From: Nanobdellota archaeon
Lineage (GTDB): Archaea > Aenigmatarchaeota > Aenigmatarchaeia > QMZP01
DNA: 64,000 nt
Assembly (NCBI GenBank): GCA_043814765.1
Contig: JBDRJQ010000029.1
Span: forward strand, 16,821 to 80,820
Reading direction: 5' to 3'
The position numbers and the translations under genes were made by a program. This document shows positions 28,201-36,221 of the stretch, in pieces. The notes under the pieces were generated by a model that was not told the origin of the DNA, searched no databases, and worked only from the letters and a program-made list of their open reading frames with translations. How positions within the stretch are numbered: position 1 is the stretch's first letter; the number at the start of each line of letters is the position of its first letter.

Positions 28201-28437
28201 AAAACCAGTTGTCTTTCCGCACATCTCTGGATATCTCAAACAAAGATCTTGATATAAACCGTATCCTAAAACAACGACGCCTATTATTATTGCTACTACG
28301 ACGATGAATGAAACAACCTGTAGAATAATATCAGCTGCTGGTTTGGTCATTGCCCACTCGGATTGTTTTAAAGGTCTGCGAATGTTTCCTTTAGAAAAAA
28401 CACTATTAGAATTTAAGTTCAATCCGGTAATTCGCAT
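25282..28437 (-). CDS. Large polytopic membrane/surface protein of unknown function (1051 aa)
   Basis: One N-terminal TM helix, central hydrophobic segments around aa 556-680 and Gly/Ala-rich C-terminal TM helices. The two large intervening domains have scattered Cys. No family recognised. Confidence 0.75.
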   Translation of the reverse strand: MRITGLNLNSNSVFSKGNIRRPLKQSEWAMTKPAADIILQVVSFIVVVAIIIGVVVLGYGLYQDLCLRYPEMCGKTTGFSDDSATVAAEAIHCALTWTVTGDMNTPCGADVVVGGGVVDALKENNDFAENNEDESGLSGILGGFLLSPTAVNDEEITGKEEKIDLQLEEYWYVIKPMTLDGSSGPNEREKASIYFETDGNLYDEVNFDDVFCELKRGDLVRVLDTVDTISNYHIISLSDIQYTDGVSNNCINSQIERGFTLALLPVIDAEPMHITTLPDPFYIDDNNCERIMPHFIYDDKDNFVSGATKDIYYYFDAKNKEWIWRCPGCNNDFFEGATKYERFGDEDPKKSYFKFDLDTPTDGVHYATIADLLWSYKNDYKEGIKKLFSVLALDASSNHEIRIEYSNGISETYRHETLGDINVIADELMNEVPNYPKRCERFFGVQGESLSTETTNVNCLFSGKTSISGKDFSKIYGTPNSIITQNSFFILPENFDTCIIKNIYLPQTIEEVNKWQDKFIAKYGDPEYIIYWQEFPADQDTWTYKPNWKLAAGLALLTAIPIGKVVGTVANGVANLGVKYAAEKAALKGLSLTRSQIIGMALKNAAGKFLRDNLINAFKTRALNIGINGVKLVLSKRTVAGALVGLTVGGATWAASIVDSYNAKYNQHANSIVLKEPFNKEVVYKLPDEMKGTPVIIYWDPDTFSFERRKPFHLVSPCKIDTLEINKIVPGTEENECVICQLYTYVYKDVNFFGINNKWESIIEEGASTCENSKIFTEGSAGTDACPSDVPSCSINEIFESINFGGIKINAPSSNRNGQQLTISDLFNLKREDLLTTFDIDPDNSEGERINNGIYTKEFSIEIPGREDPMKVNIQNVDFEDEMNAGRIYSDIGEDPLDSSFETITFIFHEVGGVFIRDIDYKLILTDVDEDGTFDTYSVDPKCASETIVITPKLETVERGEYNYCVNPLGARQAGLKWTGVAVGTLGVLAVGILTGGAGWIAMASIYATMATGAGISAYAEYADWTAYWPGPPAGDFGGPPLTDDEVTSKI

Positions 28438-28491
28438 AATATATTATTGGATTATACTTTATATTAATGCTCTGATAACAGTTAATTAGGT

Positions 28492-28755
28492 ATGTTGTTT
28501 AGCGGTGCAACCATGACAAAGAAGTGGACAAAGGAAGAGAGAAAGGAAAATACCAGATCAAAATTCTATAAGAGAAGAGAGAAGCTCTTGACTGTTTTTT
28601 TCATAGCAATAATCTTCATAGTGTTATTAGCTGCATTATCTTTTGCTATACAGATAACCAATTTTGCTCTGATAGCTCTGCTTGTTTTGCTGTTGATTGT
28701 TTTGGTGCCATTCTCTATTTTTGTAACGGATACAATCTTTTTTGAGACTGAGTAA
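28492..28755 (+). CDS. Small membrane protein (87 aa, 2 TM)
   Basis: A basic N-terminus is followed by two hydrophobic helices. Its stop TAA forms the 5' end of module copy B. Confidence 0.4.
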   Translation: MLFSGATMTKKWTKEERKENTRSKFYKRREKLLTVFFIAIIFIVLLAALSFAIQITNFALIALLVLLLIVLVPFSIFVTDTIFFETE

Positions 28756-28923
28756 ACCTTTTTCAGAAAAGGTCTTATCTCCAATATAATGGAGTAAGAG
28801 ATAATCTCTAACTCAATATGATAGGAGATTATATCTCATCTCAAATCTCAATGAATGAGGGATGGTCTCTGCGCTCATTATAATGTGAGACGCAGATTTA
28901 ATCCAAAAGGAGCTAACGCTTCC
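28754..28923 (+). ncRNA. Copy B: free-standing expanded version of the tRNA-intron module (candidate structured RNA)
   Basis: AAACCTTTTTCAGAAAAGGTCTT is followed by an insert of about 120 nt and then TTAATCCAAAAGGAGCTAACGCTTCC. The insert has several local hairpins (CTCCA/TGGAG, AGAGA/TCTCT, GAGAT/ATCTC, TCTGCG..CGCAGA). The 3' box matches the tRNA-Thr intron sequence AAAGGAGTTAACACGTCC. Confidence 0.4.
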
Positions 28924-28933
28924 TAAATAGAAT

Positions 28934-29914
28934 TTATTGCTGACTGTTTAGGATTATCTTCTTTATTTCAATAGGCTCCTTGTTGCTTGGTTCTCTGATA
29001 GCCTTTCTTAGCATAATAAGTCTTTTCTTTGGTCCTGGAATAGAGCCGTGTAGTAGCATGTAGTCTCCTTTAACTTCGCCGTATTTCAAGAAACCGCCTT
29101 TAGGTGTTATGTCTCCTTTACCAATCTTCAGGACGCGCTTGTTGTATTCTGTTCTTGTTTGGAAACCGAGCTGACCAGGCATTGCAATCTTTCCTGGAAA
29201 CACTCTGCCCTGTCCAACAGAACCTATGTTTCCAATATGCCTTCTCTTTTTTTCGTGCTTTCTTCCGCGGATTGTGACACCGAACCTTTTTACAGGTCCT
29301 TGAAAACCTTTTCCTGTGGTTACTGCTCTAACATCAGTCCACTCGCCTTCCTTGAAGACTTCCTCTGGTTTTATTTCTTTTCCAAGCTTCTCTTTGGCGT
29401 AATTCCACTTGTCTTCTAGCTTGCCGCCAAGATTCAGTTCAAACAACTCTGGTGTCTTTTTGCCAAAAGCATCTCTTGGCTTTGTGCAAACCAGAAGTCT
29501 TAAATTAAAATGATTGCTTATATCGCTGTTCATTTGTTCAATGTCTTTTTTGTTGTCATTTTTTTCTCTTATAGGTGTTTTACGATTCAGGTCTTTGGGT
29601 AATTTTTCAGCCCAGATAGTTTTTGTGTTTTTGAGGCCATAAGCTGTCTTTTTGTAAGTCTTTATTCCGCAAACAATTATTGAAGGGCATTCTAAAACAG
29701 AAACAGCCTCTGTAATATCATGACCGTTTGTCGGTGAGTTTTTACGGTTGTCTGTATAAATTACCTGTACCATTCCTGCCTTGTAGCATGCAAAGTTTAG
29801 TGGCACTGCTTCTGATGAATCAACATTACTCTTAAAGCTACTATATATCCTCTTTGCCCTTTTCTTTGGCCAGTATGCACGAGAACCGGCAACTGGTTTG
29901 TGTCCCTTAGCCAT
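28934..29914 (-). CDS. rpl3: 50S ribosomal protein L3 (uL3)
   Basis: MAKGHKPVAGSRAYWPKKRA N-terminus and GKGFQGPVKRFG block. Confidence 0.95.
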   Translation of the reverse strand: MAKGHKPVAGSRAYWPKKRAKRIYSSFKSNVDSSEAVPLNFACYKAGMVQVIYTDNRKNSPTNGHDITEAVSVLECPSIIVCGIKTYKKTAYGLKNTKTIWAEKLPKDLNRKTPIREKNDNKKDIEQMNSDISNHFNLRLLVCTKPRDAFGKKTPELFELNLGGKLEDKWNYAKEKLGKEIKPEEVFKEGEWTDVRAVTTGKGFQGPVKRFGVTIRGRKHEKKRRHIGNIGSVGQGRVFPGKIAMPGQLGFQTRTEYNKRVLKIGKGDITPKGGFLKYGEVKGDYMLLHGSIPGPKKRLIMLRKAIREPSNKEPIEIKKIILNSQQ

Positions 29915-29947
29915 AATATCTAATTCCCTAATTACATTTAATTTTCT

Positions 29948-30541
29948 TTAAATTCTCCTGCCACGCCTTCCGCCTGGTTTTCTTGTGTGATCATGGGGTA
30001 TTGGTGTAACATCTTCTATATTGCCTATGCGCAATCCTGTACGAACAAGTGCTCTTATGGCAGGCTGTGCACCCTGCCCAGGCATCTTTCTTTTATGCCC
30101 TCCAGGCGCTCTAACCCTTAGATTAACACCCACTATTCCTTTAGTAAGTGCTTCGCTTGCAACTTTCTTCGCAATAAGCATTGCAGGAAATGCTGATCCC
30201 TTGTCTTTGTCTTTTTGTGTAACCATACCACCAGAGCATATTGATATTGTCTCTGCTCCTGTTATGTCTGTTATATGAACTATAGTGTTGTTGTTTGATG
30301 AGTAAATATGAGCCACTCCCCATTTTCCTTCTTTCTTAGGTGGACTAAATCTTTCAGTTCTTCTATCAAACCTTCTTGGTCCATTTTCATTAGAAGTAGT
30401 GTTTTCTTCACTTTTTGATTCTACTTTTGGTTCTGCTTTCTTCTCTTCCTTAGGAATTTCTTTTTTTTCTGCAGGTTTGGATACAGTCTTTTCTAAAGGC
30501 TGATTAGGCTTCTCTTCCTTTTTTGGTATTTTTTCTGCCAT
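29948..30541 (-). CDS. rps11: 30S ribosomal protein S11 (uS11) with a Lys/Glu-rich N-terminal extension of about 65 aa
   Basis: The core [18 protein letters not shown]...PGGRRGRRI is uS11. The N-terminal part is low-complexity KE/P-rich. Confidence 0.95.
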   Translation of the reverse strand: MAEKIPKKEEKPNQPLEKTVSKPAEKKEIPKEEKKAEPKVESKSEENTTSNENGPRRFDRRTERFSPPKKEGKWGVAHIYSSNNNTIVHITDITGAETISICSGGMVTQKDKDKGSAFPAMLIAKKVASEALTKGIVGVNLRVRAPGGHKRKMPGQGAQPAIRALVRTGLRIGNIEDVTPIPHDHTRKPGGRRGRRI

Positions 30542-30542
30542 A

Positions 30543-31013
30543 TTATTTCCTCATCTTTGAATTTTCTTGAAATGCTATTTTATTCTCCTCTTCAAGAGGA
30601 ACTAAATATGAAGGAAACACTATCCTTCTGTCATCTATAACAATATGACCGTGTGTTATCATCTGTCTTGACTGTTTTGGCGTTTTAGCCAATCCTTTGT
30701 TTTTCAAAATTGTTTGAAGTCTTCTATTAAGAATATCAGTAACTTGTAAAGCAAGAACATTATCAAGATCCTTTGTTCCCTTAACTAGACCCAGCTTGGA
30801 AAGTTTGTCTAAAAGAAGCTTCTCCTTTTCTTCGTTTTTCTCTCCAATTAAAGCTCTTGCTCTCTGACGAAAATTACGCAAAATAGCCTCTGCTGAACGA
30901 AGCTCTTTTTTTCTCTGTAAACCATAAGTGTTCATTAGCGTTCTCTCTTCTTTTATCTGAACCTTGTTCCAAGGCGCTCTTGGTTTCTTGGTTTTCTTTC
31001 TTATCTTTCTCAT
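30543..31013 (-). CDS. rps4: 30S ribosomal protein S4 (uS4)
   Basis: YGLQRKKEL and the S4 domain [33 protein letters not shown]. Confidence 0.95.
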   Translation of the reverse strand: MRKIRKKTKKPRAPWNKVQIKEERTLMNTYGLQRKKELRSAEAILRNFRQRARALIGEKNEEKEKLLLDKLSKLGLVKGTKDLDNVLALQVTDILNRRLQTILKNKGLAKTPKQSRQMITHGHIVIDDRRIVFPSYLVPLEEENKIAFQENSKMRK

Positions 31014-31021
31014 ACAAACAC

Positions 31022-31552
31022 CTATTTACTTCTAGCCTTTCTCTTTACACCAACTGCCTTGCCTTTTCTGAATGATCCTCTGGTTCTCTGTCCACGTACA
31101 GTCAATCCAAGACCATGTCTTATGCCTCTATAGCTTCTTATTTTTTTCATCGCGTCAACGTCTGTTCTCTTTCTCATGTCTAGACGTGACACAGAAAGAT
31201 GCTCAGTAACACCTGTTAAAGGATCGTTTTTTCTATTGAAAAGCCAATTTGGTATTCCATATTTCTGAGGATTAATGATAATGTCTTCTAGTTTCTTTAG
31301 TTCTTCTTCGTTTAATAATCCAACCTTTTTGTCAGGATATGGATATTTAGAAACAATGGCATTGCTGAACATGAATGAAATGCCTTTTATTTTTCTTATA
31401 GCAGATTTAACAGGTTTTGTACCATCTAAATTTGTCTCAACTAAACGTATAATTTGTTGTACATCTTCTGCAGGCTTACCCTCTTTCTGAGGATGGGCCT
31501 TTTCCGGAGGTTTTCCCCCAGCTTCAACGGCTTTGTCCTCTGCCATACTCAT
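31022..31552 (-). CDS. rps13: 30S ribosomal protein S13 (uS13)
   Basis: IIRLVETNLDGTKPV...IKGI and SYRGIRHGLGLTVRGQRTR blocks. Confidence 0.95.
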   Translation of the reverse strand: MSMAEDKAVEAGGKPPEKAHPQKEGKPAEDVQQIIRLVETNLDGTKPVKSAIRKIKGISFMFSNAIVSKYPYPDKKVGLLNEEELKKLEDIIINPQKYGIPNWLFNRKNDPLTGVTEHLSVSRLDMRKRTDVDAMKKIRSYRGIRHGLGLTVRGQRTRGSFRKGKAVGVKRKARSK

Positions 31553-31586
31553 TAATTCCTTGTTTATGTTTGTTGATTATTATAAA

Positions 31587-31614
31587 GACAGCTATATGCA
31601 TTTTATTAGCTGTC
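31587..31614. promoter_or_regulatory. Perfect 8-bp inverted repeat in the divergent S13 / L4 intergenic region
   Basis: GACAGCTA-TATGCATTTTAT-TAGCTGTC, between the two divergent r-protein operons. Function unknown. Confidence 0.25.
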
Positions 31615-31671
31615 AACAATATCCTGTATTTGATTAGTAGTTAACTTATTAAGCTGTAATAACATTTAAAT

Positions 31672-31690
31672 TTACTTATATATATAAAAA
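31672..31690 (+). promoter_or_regulatory. TATA-box-like element upstream of the L4 operon
   Basis: ACTTATATATATAAAAAGC lies about 30-45 nt upstream of the L4 ATG, at archaeal TATA/BRE-type spacing. Inferred only. Confidence 0.35.
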
Positions 31691-31716
31691 GCTATTCATT
31701 GGTAGATAGTGGTATT

Positions 31717-32508
31717 ATGAAAATTCCTGTGTATGGTTTGGAAGGGAAGGTAACATCTCATATAGATGTTAAAAGATTATTTTCTGAACCTGTGAGGAAG
31801 GATCTGATAAAAAGAGCTGTTTTAGCTGAAAAGTCTATGGAAAGACAGGCATACGGTACAGATCCTATGGCTGGCAAGAGAACTTCTGCGCACTATCATG
31901 GCAGCAGACATTACAAGCATAGTATGATGAATCGCGAGATGGCAAGAATGAAGAGGATTCACGGTTCTGGTTTTTTGAGCATGAGAGCTCGTTTTGTTCC
32001 TCAGGCTGTAAAGGGTAGAAAAGCTCACCCTCCAAAAGCTGAGAAGGTTTGGAAACTGAAAATAAACAAGAAAGAGCATCTGAAAGCTCTAATGTCTGCA
32101 ATAACAGCAAGCTCTGTAAAGGATATTATTGCTGAAAGAGGACACCGAATAGAAGATGTAAAGCATGTTCCCTTAGTATTTGATGATTCCTTTGAGAAAT
32201 TAAAGAAGGTTAAAGAAGTTATAGCAGCATTAGAACACGCAGGTTTAAAGGAAGAGATAGAAAGAGTAAAAGAAAAGAAGATTCGTTCTGGTAAAGGAAC
32301 CATGAGGGGAAGGAAATACAAGAAAAGGAAAGGCCCTATTATAATAGTAAACAATGATGATTTGATAAGCAAGACTGCAAGAAACCTTTCTGGTTTCGAT
32401 GTTGTAGTAGCAAAGAATCTATGTGTTGATTCTCTTGCACCAGGAACAGAACCTGGTCGTTTATGTGTTTGGACAAAATCAGCAATAGAAAGCCTTGATA
32501 AGAGTTAA
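31717..32508 (+). CDS. rpl4: 50S ribosomal protein L4 (uL4)
   Basis: MKIPVYGLEGK N-terminus and SGKGTMRGRKYK block. The start was set at the ATG, although the ORF track begins at an upstream TTG. Confidence 0.9.
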   Translation: MKIPVYGLEGKVTSHIDVKRLFSEPVRKDLIKRAVLAEKSMERQAYGTDPMAGKRTSAHYHGSRHYKHSMMNREMARMKRIHGSGFLSMRARFVPQAVKGRKAHPPKAEKVWKLKINKKEHLKALMSAITASSVKDIIAERGHRIEDVKHVPLVFDDSFEKLKKVKEVIAALEHAGLKEEIERVKEKKIRSGKGTMRGRKYKKRKGPIIIVNNDDLISKTARNLSGFDVVVAKNLCVDSLAPGTEPGRLCVWTKSAIESLDKS

Positions 32509-32576
32509 AAAAGTGCTTTTTCTCTATAAACCTTTTATATATAATTATATTAATTCATCTATTACTATTGATTGAT

Positions 32577-32912
32577 ATGGCTGAAAAGAAGGTTAAAGCA
32601 GTGAAGAAGGAAGTTCCTAAAGAGGAACCTAAAAAAGTTAGTGCTGAAATTACCAATGAATGGGATGTTTTAATATATCCTCATCTAGCAGAAAAATCAA
32701 TGAACATGATAGAACTTGAAAATAAATTAATATTCGTAGTTAAACGCAACGCCAAGAAAAGCCAGATAAAAGAAGCTCTTGAAAAAGGATTTAACATAAA
32801 AGTACTGGAAATAAACACAGAAATAACAAAGAGTGGTGAAAAGAAAGCTTATGCTAAACTGCATCCTGACAGTTCGGCTATTGATATCGCTACCAGGATG
32901 GGAATGATATAA
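32577..32912 (+). CDS. rpl23: 50S ribosomal protein L23 (uL23)
   Basis: LIYPHLAEKSMNMIE..NKLIFVV......K.QIKEALEKGFNIKV is the uL23 pattern. It has a Lys-rich N-terminal extension. Confidence 0.9.
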   Translation: MAEKKVKAVKKEVPKEEPKKVSAEITNEWDVLIYPHLAEKSMNMIELENKLIFVVKRNAKKSQIKEALEKGFNIKVLEINTEITKSGEKKAYAKLHPDSSAIDIATRMGMI

Positions 32913-32940
32913 ACCTTTTGAAAAAAGGTTTAATCCAAAA
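32911..32940 (+). repeat. Copy C of the hairpin module between rpl23 and rpl2
   Basis: In TAAACCTTTTGAAAAAAGGTTTAATCCAAAA the rpl23 stop TAA is part of the hairpin. Confidence 0.6.
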
Positions 32941-32955
32941 CATTATGGTGATAAA

Positions 32956-33624
32956 ATGGGTAAGAGAATAATTGCACAAAGACGTGGAAGAGGTACATCA
33001 ACATACAGGGTACCGGAATATTCGTTTAAACCAAGGATTATATACAAAAACCAAAAAGGCAAGGTTATTGATATTGTTACAGATAGAATACACAATGCTC
33101 CTTTAATTGAAATATTATACGAAGACAAGTCAAAGGGTTACATTGTTGCTCCTGAGGGCATAAAAGTCGGTGATGAAATAAATGACATCGTAAAACCGCT
33201 TTCGAAGATAGAAGAAGGAACTCGGGTATTTGCTATAGAGAGTTATCCAAACTCTGGTCCTAAGTTCTGCAGAACAGCAGGATCATCTGCAGTTGTTGTT
33301 TCAAAGGACAAGAAAAACGTTATAATTGAATTCCCTTCAAAGAAAATCAAAAAACTTAATATTAATTGCAGGGTAACAGTTGGTATACCAGCAGGCGAAG
33401 GCAGAAGAGAAAAGCCTTGGGTCAAGGCCGGTAAGAAATGGATTGCAATGCATAAACGAGGAAAACTATACCCAAGAACTTCAGCAAAGGCAATGAACGC
33501 TGTTGATCATCCTTTCGGTGGTGGTGGAATAGGTAAAGCAAGACCTCCTGTATCAAGAAATGCTCCTCCTGGAAGAAAGGTTGGAACACTGGCTTCGAAG
33601 AGAACGGGTAGGAAAAAGAGGTAA
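32956..33624 (+). CDS. rpl2: 50S ribosomal protein L2 (uL2)
   Basis: [13 protein letters not shown] and HPFGGG...G motifs. Confidence 0.95.
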   Translation: MGKRIIAQRRGRGTSTYRVPEYSFKPRIIYKNQKGKVIDIVTDRIHNAPLIEILYEDKSKGYIVAPEGIKVGDEINDIVKPLSKIEEGTRVFAIESYPNSGPKFCRTAGSSAVVVSKDKKNVIIEFPSKKIKKLNINCRVTVGIPAGEGRREKPWVKAGKKWIAMHKRGKLYPRTSAKAMNAVDHPFGGGGIGKARPPVSRNAPPGRKVGTLASKRTGRKKR

Positions 33625-33626
33625 AT

Positions 33627-34007
33627 ATGGCTAAATTCACTTTAAAGGGAAAAAGTATTGAAGAAATTGAAAAAATGAACTTAGAAGAATTTAGAAACTT
33701 ATTGCCTGCTAAGCAGAGAAGATCATTAAAAAGGTCTCTAACTCCTGTTCAGAAAAAGTTTTTAGAGAAAGTAAAGAATGAGCCAAAAAAGTTTCACAAA
33801 ACTCATAACAGAGATCTTATTGTGCTACCAGAATTGGTTGGTAAAAAGATCGGAATTCATACTGGAAAGGAATACGTTACCATTGAGATAAACCCTGAAA
33901 TGCTTGGACACAGACTGGGTGAGTTTGCACCAACAAGAAAAATAGTAAAACATTCTTCGCCTGGTTTCGGTGCAACAAGATCATCCAAGTTCGTTCCATT
34001 AAAGTAG
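33627..34007 (+). CDS. rps19: 30S ribosomal protein S19 (uS19)
   Basis: [31 protein letters not shown] block. Confidence 0.95.
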   Translation: MAKFTLKGKSIEEIEKMNLEEFRNLLPAKQRRSLKRSLTPVQKKFLEKVKNEPKKFHKTHNRDLIVLPELVGKKIGIHTGKEYVTIEINPEMLGHRLGEFAPTRKIVKHSSPGFGATRSSKFVPLK

Positions 34008-34015
34008 AGGTTATT

Positions 34016-34399
34016 ATGATAAAATACGCTTTAAATCCAAAAGCTTCAAAGTCTGCAAGAGTTTATGGTAGAGCTCTAAGGGTTTCAAGAAAGAGTTCTG
34101 TATTAGTTTGTAAGAAATTGAGCAAAATGAAGCTTGAAAGGGGTAAAAGTTTCCTTAGAAATCTTATAGATGAAAAGGAAAACATTAGCGGTAAACACTA
34201 TACAAACACTGCAAAAGAGTTGTCAAATTTGCTAGCTTCTGCTGAAGCCAACGCAGAGGCAAAGGGTTTAGACTTGAATAAAATTTATATTTCCGCATCT
34301 GCGAACAAGGGTTTCACTTTTTGGAGGCCAAGAAACTGGAAGCAGAGAAGAACCAAGAGAAAAATGTCAAATATACAAATAGTGCTGGAGGAGAAGTAA
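34016..34399 (+). CDS. rpl22: 50S ribosomal protein L22 (uL22)
   Basis: SARVYGRALRVSRKSSVLVCKKL pattern and its position between S19 and S3. Confidence 0.9.
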   Translation: MIKYALNPKASKSARVYGRALRVSRKSSVLVCKKLSKMKLERGKSFLRNLIDEKENISGKHYTNTAKELSNLLASAEANAEAKGLDLNKIYISASANKGFTFWRPRNWKQRRTKRKMSNIQIVLEEK

Positions 34400-35178
34400 T
34401 GTTAAATCAATACTTCATAAAACAGGGAATAAAGGAAGCTGAGATAGAAAAATTTATCAGAAAGGAATTTCCAATGGGAGATTATTCTAAAATAGAGCTT
34501 CAGAGAACGCCTATTGGTATAAAAATTGTGATTCATACTAACAAGCCTGGAAAAATTATAGGTCGTGGAGGATCCAATATAAACGACATAACAGAAGCTG
34601 TAAAGAAGAGGTTTGAACTGGAAAATCCACAAGTTGATGTTAAAATGGTTAAAAATCCTGATTTGGATGCAAAGATAGTTGCAAAACAAATATCATCTGC
34701 ACTTGAAAAGGGATACAATTACAAGAAAATTGGCAATTTAACTATCAAGAGAATAATGGATGCAGGCGCAGTAGGTGCTGAAATATTAATTTCAGGGAGG
34801 ATAAGCGGCAGTAAAGGTATGAAAGGAAGATTTAATCAGGGTTATCTAAAGCACTGCGGATATCCGGCAAAGGAGCTGGTTGATTATGGTTTTGAAGAGG
34901 CTAACACAAGACCCGGAAAGATTGGTGTTAAAGTTAAAATAATGAAGCAATTTATGGATATAACAGGAGAATTAAGAAATAAAGTTGAGCCTGTTCGTGA
35001 ATCTGCTAAAAAAGAAGAAGATTTAATAGAAGAAAAAATGGAAGGTGTTAAGATTTCTAAGAAACCAAGCAAAAAGATTGCTAAAAAATCAGCTAAGAAA
35101 GATGTCAAGAAAAGGCCTTTAGAAAGGGCTGACTCTAAGACGAGTGAAAGAAATAAAAAGACTTCGGTTAAAAAATAA
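34399..35178 (+). CDS. rps3: 30S ribosomal protein S3 (uS3) with a Lys-rich C-terminal tail
   Basis: KH domain (PGKIIGRGGSNI) and GRISGSKGMKGRFNQG. The start ATG overlaps the L22 stop codon (TAATG). Confidence 0.95.
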   Translation: MLNQYFIKQGIKEAEIEKFIRKEFPMGDYSKIELQRTPIGIKIVIHTNKPGKIIGRGGSNINDITEAVKKRFELENPQVDVKMVKNPDLDAKIVAKQISSALEKGYNYKKIGNLTIKRIMDAGAVGAEILISGRISGSKGMKGRFNQGYLKHCGYPAKELVDYGFEEANTRPGKIGVKVKIMKQFMDITGELRNKVEPVRESAKKEEDLIEEKMEGVKISKKPSKKIAKKSAKKDVKKRPLERADSKTSERNKKTSVKK

Positions 35179-35192
35179 TTAAGGATATTAAA

Positions 35193-35411
35193 ATGGTTAT
35201 TTCAAGATCAAAAGATTTAAGGAAAATGAATGAAAAGGATTTAGATAAGCGCTTAAAAGAACTAAACTTAGAGCTATCTAAAGAAAGAGCTAACATAAGC
35301 ATAGGCGCTTCTGTTGTTTCTCCAGGTAAAATACATGAAATAAGAAAAACTATTGCTCGAATTAAAACCATTAAAAAGGAAAAAACGGAGGGTAAAGAAA
35401 CGAATGAGTAA
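35193..35411 (+). CDS. rpl29: 50S ribosomal protein L29 (uL29)
   Basis: 72 aa, with the LRKMNEKDLDKRLKELNLELSKER pattern. Confidence 0.85.
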   Translation: MVISRSKDLRKMNEKDLDKRLKELNLELSKERANISIGASVVSPGKIHEIRKTIARIKTIKKEKTEGKETNE

Positions 35412-35709
35412 GATTTGCGACAAGTGCGGTTTACCCAAAGAGCTCTGTGTATGTGAAACAATAGCAAAGGAAAAGGAAAAAATAAATGTTTCTTCTGTCA
35501 AACGAAGGTTTGGTAAGATAACTACCTTAGTTGAAGGCATAAGCAAAGATGTTGACAATAAAAAAGTACTAAAGGAGCTTAAGGGAAAACTTGCATGTGG
35601 TGGAACATTAAAAGGTAATACAATAGAACTTCAAGGAAATCATAAAGACAAGGTTAAAGGCATCCTTGTTAAGATGGGATTCTCGGCTGACCAGATTGAG
35701 GTTGTATAA
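35404..35709 (+). CDS. sui1: Translation initiation factor SUI1 (aSUI1/eIF1)
   Basis: The pattern CDKCGLPKELCVCE...KRRFGKITTLVEGI...LKELKGKLACGGT is typical of aSUI1. The start ATG lies within the L29 stop region. Confidence 0.9.
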   Translation: MSKICDKCGLPKELCVCETIAKEKEKINVSSVKRRFGKITTLVEGISKDVDNKKVLKELKGKLACGGTLKGNTIELQGNHKDKVKGILVKMGFSADQIEVV

Positions 35710-36133
35710 TCACGAAGGGAAGGTAATCATTGTCGTCATTGATAGTTTTAGTAACGAATATGCCGTCATCCATAGAAATGTTTCCAGAAAGGGACTGGTA
35801 AAAAAAATCTAAAAAGTCAGCTAATTCTTCTTTATCAAAAAACTCATTTTCAAATTCAGTATCAAATAAATACCCAAATATTATGCATTCTTGATCATAA
35901 ATCTGATTATCAGCACTTTTTTGATTTGTTTTTATTTTTCTCAAGTCTTCTACATAAAAATCAGGACAAGCTTTTGTTATAATATAGAAGGGGCTGTTCG
36001 GTATCTCTTCTGGTCTGGCTTCTAAATTAAATTTGATAGGACAATGAAAATAGACTCCCCTGTTAAGATAATCTTGTATTGTTTTTCCATTTCTCCAAAG
36101 ATATATGGGTTCTGATAGAAAAGGGTTCTTCAT
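35669..36133 (-). CDS. Hypothetical protein (154 aa) on the opposite strand inside the r-protein cluster
   Basis: Non-low-complexity acidic ORF in an interval with no plus-strand gene. Its 3' end overlaps the sui1 3' end by 41 nt. No family recognised. Confidence 0.5.
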   Translation of the reverse strand: MKNPFLSEPIYLWRNGKTIQDYLNRGVYFHCPIKFNLEARPEEIPNSPFYIITKACPDFYVEDLRKIKTNQKSADNQIYDQECIIFGYLFDTEFENEFFDKEELADFLDFFYQSLSGNISMDDGIFVTKTINDDNDYLPFVIIQPQSGQPRIPS

Positions 36134-36221
36134 ATGAGATTCTTTGCCATAGTAATCAGAAACTAGTTGGCCTATTAAACCACCTAATTGAATATATAAT
36201 GCACATAGCTAAATATTTAAC

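Noticed and set aside
32509-32545. A further copy of the hairpin module after the rpl4 stop codon (TAAAAAAGTGCTTTTT...TAAACCTTTTAT)
   Set aside because: Only the 5' arm AAACCTTTT is present. There is no complementary 3' arm and no CCAAAAGG box. It is more likely AT-rich promoter sequence for rpl23.
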